DNA from: Utricularia gibba
Lineage: Eukaryota; Plantae; Magnoliophyta
NCBI GenBank assembly: GCA_002189035.1
Contig: CM007990.1
Span: 3,286,001 to 3,350,000, forward strand
Direction of reading: 5' to 3'
DNA: 64,000 bases
Shown here one piece after another: positions 12,165 through 22,689 of the stretch. The translations under genes were made by a program, and so were the position numbers. Position 1 is the stretch's first letter. Each line of letters starts with the position of its first letter. The notes beneath the pieces are model-generated. The model was not told where the DNA came from. It made no database searches and saw only the letters and a program-made list of their open reading frames with translations.

Positions 12165-12639
12165 CTTGTCGCACTGCTTGTGTGCATAAGGGCGTCATTT
12201 ATGATACACGCTCGATTCGAATCATTCCTAAGGGTCGAATGCTAATAAAATTAAAAACTAAAAAACTTTCATATTTATTATATGGTTTAATAAATAACAT
12301 ATTTACATTATTTATATTTTAAGAAACATATATCATATGTTTAAAAATATTTTTTTTGTAATTCTTGCATTTGTCATGTTATCGTATGTTTAGAAATAAA
12401 TCTGATGTATAAAAATATTGATAATAATCTTAAGTTCACATTGCAACGACATCACGAATTCGAATCGTAGTGGGTTGACACGATGAATATTCGGATTGAC
12501 TGTTGTGCCCATGTCTACAGGGCACTTATTGCTCAATATTTATTTCAAAAGGTATTCAATTTGTTTAAAATTTTGAAAAACTTTATAGGTTATTTATGTC
12601 AATTCAATAAACTTATTAGGTTAATTCTGTTAATTTGTC

Positions 12640-13050
12640 ACACTTTATGGGTTAAATATGCGGATTTAACGAACCTTAAGGGTCAACAATGTCAGATTAT
12701 TAAACTGTAAAGGTCAAATATGTCAAATTATTGGGTTGAATATACCAACTGAACACTAAATATGGGATCAACAGTAAACTTATTGGGTCAAACGGACTCC
12801 GTTGTAAACTTTTATAACTTTTCCTTGGGTCAAATATACCTCGTTATCATATTTTATGGGTTAAAAGTATCAAAACTGAATTTTTCATGGGTCAAATATG
12901 TCATGCAACAAATTTTTTACAGGTCAAATATATCATTTTGTAAATATTTTGGGTCACATGTGAAACCGGTACCGGTTCAGGTCAAATATGCCGAACCGAT
13001 CATTTTGTTATGGGTCAAAAATGGTAAAATTTCAAAATTTTAGGTCACAA
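12640..13050. repeat. Array of (T)GGGTCAAA(TATG)-like motifs, probably a DNA-transposon subterminal array
   Basis: Eight exact GGTCAA at 12681, 12712, 12786, 12828, 12890, 12922, 12980 and 13013, plus variants (gggttaaa, gggtcaca), all on one strand. Confidence 0.75.
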
Positions 13051-13184
13051 ATGCCAACACCCCGATTCCTTTTCAATTATTTTGAGAATTCAATCTTAAT
13101 ATTGTATTACTTTGATATTTTCGAAGTTTGGTGAACAAAACAAGTTCGCCAATCTTGAATGGAGTATCTAAACCCGAAGTTTGT

Positions 13185-15524
13185 TTATTTCATGACACGT
13201 CTCACCAGCCCGGGCATGTGGATCTTCAAAGCATACTCCTCCCAGTCAATAACCTTTGGATCGAAGTAGAATAAATCTTTCTCCACAGCATCGGTTTCCC
13301 TCATCGCCCTTCTTAGATTCTCAGTGTTGGTGTCGTCAAAACTACAGGAACACCTCAGTGAATGTTAGAGAAAATGTTATCATATGTTGTAGTAATCTGA
13401 CAAACCCTCACTGAATGTTAGAAGTGATTATAATGATTTCTCACCATCCTTTGAAGAAGAGATACGGCTTGAAACCCTGTACCAATCGAGAAGCTGAATC
13501 TATCTTTCGTCGATTCCTGCTGTATGTTTCGTCGAACTGGCCGAAGCTGATGGTTTTGATGATTTGGAAACACTGAAAAAGAAATACAAAAACTCGAATG
13601 TTTATATCCTTCGGCATCCTCTGCATTTAGGGTGAAGGCGAGATGAACCTTCAAGGGAAGCGTGTACTTTATGTTGAAGTATATGTGGAAGCTCTTCATG
13701 CTGCGTATCAGTCTACACCTGTGGACTCGGATCCGCCTTCCTTGCGCGTCTATCAGAGGGTTGCCAGTGAAGTATGTGAAAGCATAATGTGGCCACATTT
13801 TTAGTATAGAAGGATTTCTTGCTGAGGAACCGACTTGGTAGATTGCACTATTTCCCCCATTGGCATGCTTCACGGTGGCTACGAGCATGGCATTCACCAC
13901 CATGTCCACCGGAATCTGGACGCAAATGTCAGCTTTCCGATCATCAACAACGTCAAGTTTATACTAATAAGCATGGTGTGAATTCACAAGCACATGTCTG
14001 ACTCACCAAATCCAAGATCGTATTGGGGCCACCAGGGAAGAACTTGAGTTTCCCCTTGCCATATGGTACGATAAGCCCATCAATTGTCCTGAGATTCATC
14101 TTTGAAGCACATTTGTTCATCTCATGAATTTAGAATGAAACCCTAATCTAGAATTGTATGAATTTCCCAACTTTATTTATTTATTTATTGAGTAAGTTAA
14201 TTACCCAACGACATCAACACAGCCAGGGAATGGCTCCATGTAAGTGCTCGTCACCATGGTCGGCCGTACGATGACTACAGGCAAGTTCCCTTTCAAGTCT
14301 CCAATGAGCATCTCCCCCATCGCCTTGGCGAACACATAGGTATTTGGCCATCCATGTTTTCTTGCTCTGTACCATGAAAAGGATAGTGAGCAGTCCTTCG
14401 AAACAGTATAAACACAAGAATTGATATATTGAAACTCGGTATTCAATGTATTGAAAAAACATGTATGTGAAATCTAAATACATAATAAATATAAATTATA
14501 CTCGATTAATTAATCACATTGCGTCATTTGAATAGTAAAATATAGCTAACCTTTGGGTACCAAGATTTCTCATATATGTTTTAATCTGCTGTTCTGAGGT
14601 GTTTTTGACTCGAAACTGCGCTATTGTTTCATTAACCAAATTCTTCTCAAAGTCAATGTCCAGCCCTGATATTCAAAGCTTTCCCCATTCTCAAGGGCTT
14701 TTCTAGTATACGACCATCTTTCTCCCCGCATACATATGCTTTGCTTGATAACTTAAGTGTTACATTATGATTTTTGTGAAGAAACAACACAAACAACCAA
14801 CCCGTTGAAACATGAATAAGAGCCTTCAACTTGGTGCAACCTTTTGAGAAATCAAGCACATGTTTGGCTCCCAATGTGTTCACTTGAAAGGATACATCAT
14901 ACCTAGGCATCGAATAACCAATTTCTTTTTAAAAAAAAAGGAGGTTTTGAAAATGCAGAAGAAATTCTTTCACCTTTCACTGAATCTTGTGTTTGCAGCT
15001 AAGTGGATGACAACTTCAACTTCTTTTAATATCTGATGGAGAATCGCAGACTCCTTAATACCCAAATTTTCAAGGGAAACGTCTCCGCCGACAGCAACAA
15101 CTCTTTCAGAGATCCATGAACCAAAATCGGCACCATGTCGTTCTTTCAGAACCGTGAACAAATCCTTCGCTAGAATCTGCAAACAAAACAAAAGTTGTAT
15201 GGCAATAGTTTTAAAAACTAACAAATTTGAGCTATTTTTCTACCTCATTCTGGAAGCGAAGCAGCGCTAAGTTCGAATCTGAAGCCCTGAGGAGGATGTA
15301 GAGCTTCTTGACATTTGGCTGGACCCTCAGAACTTTCTCCACAAACACTGTAGAATATTATGAATCTATCTGATATCAATCTTTCTATAAGAAAAAAAAA
15401 CAAAACAGAAAAAAACAAAAACAAAAAAATTGTTGAGAGGCTTACCCTTAGCAAGAAATCCTGTTCCTCCGGTAACAAAAATCACACTCTTGTTCAGAAA
15501 CTCAAGAACACTGCCAAACTCCAT
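13185..15524 (-). pseudogene. FAR: Alcohol-forming fatty acyl-CoA reductase (FAR/CER4/MS2 family), 10 exons, frameshift in exon 5
   Basis: ATG 15524: [43 protein letters not shown] (Rossmann fold), [19 protein letters not shown] (YxxxK), IPVDMVVNAM, FDPKVIDWEEY...HMPGLVRRVMK* (stop 13185-13187). GT-AG junctions are consistent. The frame breaks at ~14670, giving a stop at 14653. Confidence 0.9.
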
Positions 15525-17316
15525 GGACTGATTACATACAAAAGAGAGGCAAACTTTTGGTTGGTGTTGTGATTACTATGATCCTCCCTTATGGCATATT
15601 TATAGGAGAAGAAAAAAGGAGCAACGCTACTTTATTTTATAGATTACTATTACTTCATAATTTTTTTATCTCTTATAGAGTGTTTGATAGTCGATTTTAA
15701 CTCTTTTCTCAATCAATTTTTTCCAAAGCTTGAAAGTAAAATGAAAGTTTGAAATGTGTACCTTGAAGATGTCATATCTTTATACCAAGCTTTATATAAA
15801 TATTAAATAAACGAATAATAAGATGAGGAAATATAAGAAGTTCGATAAATTTGACTGTGAGAAGTCGTAAAATATCATAAGATCTTTGGAATATGATAAA
15901 GGGTTTGAGTCTAAGATTTCAATGGCTTCCTTCTTCATGCCAACGTTTCAAATTTTGCAAATTCGGTCAATCTCATATTTTATATGTCGTATTAAATTAA
16001 TACCAAGTATCATCAATTTTGTCACGTGGATCACATTTACACATCACCATTAAATGCCAACTGCCATGAATTGTGCGGATGGAAAGGCGCCAGTGCAGAG
16101 GATTGGATCGCCCAACTGCTTATACTTAAATAAATCATGTCTTCATTACTTTATGTGTGCACTCAGTACTAGATGTGGCTTCATCCGCACCAAATGTATA
16201 ACTAGGAAGGGGGGGGGAGGGTTGGTTGATGGTTGATACCGAATGTGGGAATTAGTGATGATGGTGAACAGTCGATGTCTAGTAGGAAAGTTTATGTAAA
16301 AGAAGCGGTCTGAAGCTGACGGATACCAAATGGCTAGAATGTGCGAGTTTGGAGACATGGGTGATTGAACCTCATATATCATAACCGATTAATTAGAATG
16401 TGGTGCTTCCAATCCGCAATAGGTGAGGATGGCTGAAGTTTGTTTTGCGCGAAACAGAGAGTGAAGTCTACGATGGACTTTTAGATAGTTTAAGAAATTT
16501 CATAATTGTGTGGTATCAAGAAAGGATTTTTGAATTTTTCTAAAATTTACATTTACAAACACTCAAAAACACTGTATGAACAATCCAATTATAAAAAATG
16601 TACATGGGTAAAACTTCAGTAGACATACCCAACAATTTAACAATTTAGATATTTTTTTTAAAATTTGACGCCCATCCTAAGAAAAAATTTCTCAACACAG
16701 CCTAAACTTCTTCCTTGTTCATTGTCTAATAAAAGTGCTTGCATTCGACATTTAAAAAAAATCACAGGTGAGATATTAAAGATGCACACTTGAATAGATT
16801 TTCATTTTAAGTAGCTTCTACATGCTCCGATACCATAATGACTGTTAACATTTAATATTTATTCATCACACATCATGGAAAGCAAAGCAATGAATTTTGG
16901 AGGGGATATATGGCTCTTGAGAATGTTTTCTAGGGTTTTTCAACACTAAAATATAACTGATCACATGTTCGTCTTCTTTCCCAAGGTGTGCTCGAGAGTA
17001 AACTTCAACACTCTGCTCATCCGGAGTCATGGAGCATGAACTCAGCAACCAAGCCATGATCGCCATGTTCGTTTGTCATGATTGGTTTTCCCTTAAATCT
17101 CGTCTTAGGTTGTTAAAGTGGCTGTCTTTACATCATTGTAGTGACATTTTGTTGTTTAGTTCTGATCAACCCGAGTATTGCATTATCTATACTGCAATAC
17201 AAACCAGTCAGTGCACTCACTGGTCAATGCATAGACAAGAAACATTCTCAAAATAAGATCATGCGAATCTTGTAAATTATGAAGAAGCGAGACTTACATA
17301 AACTTTTTGGCTGATT

Positions 17317-17796
17317 TCAATAATTTTCCAGTACAGCAAAGGAATTCTGCCGCGCCAAATCTTGATAAAATTTGATGATAAACTCTTCAGCAGCCACATC
17401 AATCCGATCATCTTCACCCTCAATTTCGTCTGTCATCAGAAACGGGGAGTCAGATATCCTGATCTGCCTGAGCACCGACGATGTCAGGCTGAAGTGGATG
17501 GGCAGCGGGGAGCTCTTGAGGTTGCTGAGGTTGAAAGCGTGGGCGTAGAAGAAAGTAGGGCTGTTACTGCACGTGAACTCGTAATGGAGGCCGTGGACCG
17601 GCGGTGATGTCCGGTGTAGGCGACGGTGATGGAATAGGACGCCATGAAGAGCGGCTTTTCCGGCGATCTTAGCTTGCTTGAGCACCACGTTGAGATGAGG
17701 GAGGAGTTTGCGGCCTCTCCTGAGCAGGAAATAGACCACGCAAACAGTGCTCCAAAACTTCTTTGCCATGATGGGTAACGGGAGCTTCTTCTCCAT
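17317..17796 (-). CDS. DUF761 (cotton-fibre-expressed / Avr9-Cf9-elicited-like) protein, intronless, ~159 aa
   Basis: N-terminal MEKKLPLPIMAKKFWSTVCVVYFLLRRG, central YEFTCSNSP and C-terminal IDVAAEEFIIKFYQDLARQ typical of DUF761 proteins. First ATG at 17796; the ORF track starts at an upstream TTG. Confidence 0.85.
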   Translation of the reverse strand: MEKKLPLPIMAKKFWSTVCVVYFLLRRGRKLLPHLNVVLKQAKIAGKAALHGVLFHHRRLHRTSPPVHGLHYEFTCSNSPTFFYAHAFNLSNLKSSPLPIHFSLTSSVLRQIRISDSPFLMTDEIEGEDDRIDVAAEEFIIKFYQDLARQNSFAVLENY

Positions 17797-18999
17797 GGAT
17801 TCTTGCAATTACTTGTTTTTTTTTTTCCTTGTGTGAATCTCGGAATGCTTCTCCTGTGGTGATTCAGTGATCTGGGGAGGGGTATTTAAAGTACACAAAT
17901 CAGATGTGGCCTGGCCTGTCCAGTTGAAATATTAGATTCTCATTTCAAGGGAGGTATTATTCCATGAAACTCAGATCCATTTATATCCTAATCATACCCT
18001 CAATCTAATTGTTATTGGAGTAATTGGTGGTCATATTTCTTTTACATGTTTCGAATGTAAAAATATAAATTTCACATTACTCATCACTGAAAATATGACC
18101 CATGCTTGTTTATCTCTAAACATAAGAGGATTTTAACTACCTTGTCGAATTTTCTTCCCTAACCAGTAATCATGGTTTGCACGTTTTAAGGGCGTGGACC
18201 ACAAAGCAAGTTCACATTAAATCAGTTGACAATTTTGTAAAATAAAAGATGCGTTTCAGATTTAGCAAATGCAAAAAATTTGAAAAGCGTTTCGCATTTT
18301 TAATTTACTTAAAGTTCTTCACTCCGGGTGCCAACCTTTTCAGAATCAGTGGATTCAAAAGGAGATTGGAGTGATGGGGAGGCGTTCGCTATAAAGAGCA
18401 TGCAAAAGCACCACCTTTTAGAAATATCTACCAAGAGAAAAACCTCCAATTTCAAAAATCTCGAGTCCTCTTTATACGTACTACTCAGTGCAAATTGTGA
18501 AGGGAGAAAAATATCTCGGGTGATGGTGGGATGCCAAAGTGAACTCCATTACTCCTCCCACTTACTGCCGTTTGTCTGTTGATATGACACCACGTGGCGG
18601 GTGAGACTTTCCCGCTAAGGAAACCATATTTTACTCCTGCTGTATGAAATGCACTTCTACTCCAAAACCATATCAAGACGCCTCCGCTACTTGGAACACT
18701 GCAATGTCTGGTCGGGGTGGAAAGTGGAAACACACGATCTCAAGTATAACAAGTTCCAGTGCTCCTCAAATTTAAAAGGTGAGAGCTAATTTTGAAAAGT
18801 CAACTTCTTTAAATAATAATCATTGTATATAAATAAATTAATAATATATGTATATAATGATAAAAATATCAAAATCATATTCATTTTTTTTAATAAATAC
18901 GAATATGAATAATGTAAAATATATATTCGTTATTAGATAATATTCAAAATATTATCTTACTATACGTAAATGCATTTTTACAAAATGAATTTGAATATA

Positions 19000-21900
19000 T
19001 GTATTTTTTAAAAATTTTGGCAAAAATCAATTATCTACAGTTTTTTCTAACCAAAAAAGTTTTTAATCTGACCAATACTCCATAACATTTCGTAAGAAGG
19101 AAATCGAAGCTGTAGTTGTACTTGCTTCTGTTATTATTGGAAACACCCACCGTTGCCGCACTAGGAAATAAACTAGGAAAGCATGGCTCACACTGCATGA
19201 ATGGTTCGAAGACAAGAATGTCAAAATAGCAGAAATCGAATTGTTTTGAAATCTAATCTAACTTCAAAATCAGAGAATGGGAAGATGCTTACAGCACTAC
19301 GCAGTTGCTAAAAAATCTTGAAAAACCAAATCATCTAGGTGAGGTAGTATACGATCGAAAGGAACGAAAAGTCAAGGCTAGAGTCATATGTTGCTAAAAA
19401 ACCCGTGATGGTAGGTTTTTCTGTTAAGTGCAAGCTAGAAGTGAATTGGTCACTCCCACGTTGTATAGCAGTTATGCATAGAGACCCGTCTACAAAAGGC
19501 AGTCAGGGTGGGAGGAGAATAGAATGAGCAGTACGAGGGGCTACAATTCTGTATATGGGTTTGATAAATGGGAAATTCGCATGTTGTTGTGTAAAATACT
19601 AATTTCTCTACCAAATAAATCTATAAGCCTAATTCATAATCAATCATAAGAGAAATATGAGCATAATGAAACTAGGATCAAACACAAGGAGTATTGAGTT
19701 TGTTTTGTATAGTAGTTGATTAATACAGTCTAAGTTTAAACTAATACAATTCTATGATAGATTATAGTAAAATAATAAACAAGTAAATCAGATCTGTGAC
19801 TGAAAGGAAATAATTTGATGTTTTGATACTTTCAAGAATAGCATGTTTATTTTTGTTCTTATTCTATCTCAATAAAAAATCATTCATCTAATCCACAAAA
19901 GTTCAAATCTATCTAAATCATTGTCTTTCCCAAACCTATGGTCTACCGCTAATTAGACTTGGCTTATGATAAACATACCATGATTTTCCCTTCTTAGATG
20001 TATCATAGTTTGTTAAGAAAATAGTGTGATTATGTGGTTAGTATAGTTTAATGAACAATAAGCATGCTTGTACCATTTAATCCCAAGGCATCACTTGATA
20101 CTTAGTTACTTATAATAAAGAGAAATCAAACAAGTTCATAACATAAAATTAACTACATTTTCATGTCTCAGCTTGACAATAAAAAAAATAAATAGTAACG
20201 GAAAATATAAATAGTTCAACATGAAATTTTAAATTGTTTGTGCTTTTGGTTAGATATAATATTCTTGAATAGAAGAAATCTTAAAAAATGAGCTGAGTTT
20301 TTATGTTCATCTCCTTCCTGTTCATTCTTTTGTGATTTTTCTTCCAAATCCCCTTCTCCAGACTCCCTTGCGTGTTTTATCACCTTGTGATTTGGTGTAC
20401 TATCTCTTCTTCTTTTTGTCTCCATTTTTTTGCATCCTCATTGCGCACTTTCGGCTTCTTAGGATTAGATTTGCTAAAAACATGCTGCATTGCTCTAAGG
20501 AAAATGATTAAATCAAATATTGGGGGTTAAATCTAGGATTTGGTGAAAAAATTCCGAAAACTACAGAGTTTTTGGTTGATATGACTAAACAATGGATGAA
20601 TAAATGATCAAGCTAAAATAAAATACTTAATAGCAAACTGCTAATTGTAAAAATATCAAAATACTAAACAAAATCCTAATTTTTCATAGTAACAACATTC
20701 ATTTTCAAACTTAAAACTACTAATAATTATGTTGTATCAGGGTTGCTGATGTACTAATCCTTGTGATCGTGGAAGCAGGAGCATGGATGTAGTGCAATGT
20801 TCATATTTGGTGTGTTATTTCTATTTGTACTGTGTACTATGAACATAGTGAATTCCTTAGCGAGGTTTTCCTTGGTTTGGGTTTTTACCTGATAATTTTT
20901 GTGGTTCTTTTTATACACTCTAACAAGGTAGAAAATCGTATTGCACAAATCAATGTAGTTCAACAAGGTCCCTTGGGCTTGCAACATCATCCATAGTGCA
21001 TCCGTTGAATTTGATGTCATCATTGAATTATTAGATGGTATTAAGTCATCTAAGAATATAGAAACTTGTAGATAAACTAGAAGTGATGAAAGCATCCAAA
21101 ATACAACATTTAAGATTACATTCACTACTTGCACTCCAGAAGGAGAGGCCTGATATCAAGCTTAAATTGTGCTTGCCTTCTGGCAATCCACATAGGAAAA
21201 AAAGGGACCTCACCCACAATGTTACTAATGTGCATAAAACAATCATTTTTCAATTAGCCACTTCAGCCATTCCAAGCATACTGCACTATTCGGATTGCTA
21301 AAGGGTCAAGTAAAAAGCATATGAAACAATAAACATCCTACAATACTAAGATAACATCAAGAAATATTGATATTATCATGGAAAAAATAAATGATTTATT
21401 TATTTATTATCTGATAAACGAAAAATTTGTGCAAAGTCGTTAATTTGCATATTTCTTCTATCAAATAAAATTTATAAACCTAATTCATCTCAATTCATAT
21501 GAAAAATATGAGCATAGTAGACTAGGGTCAAACATAAAGAGCTAGGTGCTTGCTATGTGAAAGTCAATGCATGAAAACAATGTCACGTTAGTAGAATTAG
21601 TCTTAACTAGGATTAAGGCTGAACTAAGATGGAATATAGTAAAGAAAAGTAATAAACTTTGGAACTCAGTTGTTTCTAAGATAGAATGGATGATGCCTTG
21701 AGACTTCTAGGATATGTATGCTTATCATTAAACAAGCTCACGCAAACCATAAATCAAACAACTAATAAACAAGGTTTAGGTCTACCCGGACTCTTGTTTT
21801 CCCTCTAATCTTTGGTCAACCTCCAATTAGGGTTGTTAAGCTGGGTTTCACTACTTTCTCCTCCTGGATCTATCTTGGTTTATTAAGGAAGTGGCGTGAC

Positions 21901-22600
21901 TTATGGTTAATTAGGTCTAAAGATTGATTAGCACATTTCTCCCCCTTTCATCCCAAGTCACCCCTAATTACTCATCCACTCATGCTTAAGATAAACGAAA
22001 ATAAAAAAGAAAACATCATCCACAATATACTCATCTTATAGTCGACTAGCAAAAAATAAACAAGAAGGAAACTTAAAAGTTCAATCGAAAGTTGGAAAAT
22101 GTCGCTAGCTACTCTTAGCTAAGAGTAAGATTCCTTGAAAATTGAAAATAATCTTCAAACATCAATTTCGTTTCTATTCGTCTTCCTTCTTCTTCCCTCA
22201 AAAACCTTCTCCAGAAAGAATTTGTGTCTCCAACAGGGGAGATCTTTCATCTTGTCCCCCTTTTTGTCTAAAATCTCCCTTTTTCTCCTCATTGGATTTT
22301 GTGTGTACTCCTTTTCAAACTTCTGCCTCATCTTCTGCCACTATACTATTCATATTCGGCTCCTTAGAATTTGTGTTGTTGACATGTGCTGCATTGCTCA
22401 AAGAAAACTATTAGAAGGTTGGGACTAAATCGTAAAAATAAGGCAACTATCGTACTATATGCAAAAATATAGAACTAGGCAGGAAAAATTATGTTTTGTA
22501 GCAGAATATGAGTAATTTACATGTACTCAATCACTGAAAAAATATGTGTTATCATTATCTTAATAAGAATTTGAAGATTTTCATTTATTCACTTTCAAGC
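19000..22600 (-). mobile_element. Highly degenerate LTR-retrotransposon remnants (LTR-like blocks and a possible gypsy gag fragment)
   Basis: ~80-bp direct repeat 19611-19691 vs 21461-21541. Blocks shared with 37400-38250 and 43050-44200. Weak gag-like peptides on the minus strand at 20754-21246. Confidence 0.45.
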
Positions 22601-22689
22601 AAGTCAATATTCATAGTTATCTAAGAATCATAGGCATAATGTTACCCTCAGAACTTGTACAAGTATGTCAGTTCTCAAAGTTTATACAT

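Noticed and set aside
12123-12190. Helitron 3' terminus (hairpin plus CTRR)
   Set aside because: No CTAG/CTRR follows within the expected 10-15 nt, and the motif recurs in MULE-associated context.
9575-13050. CRISPR-like arrays (intronic repeat, GGTCAA array)
   Set aside because: Eukaryotic context, degenerate tandem units without unique regular spacers, and no cas genes.
17362-17607. Antisense ORF overlapping the DUF761 gene
   Set aside because: A short shadow frame of a GC-rich coding strand, with a non-ATG start and no recognisable motif.
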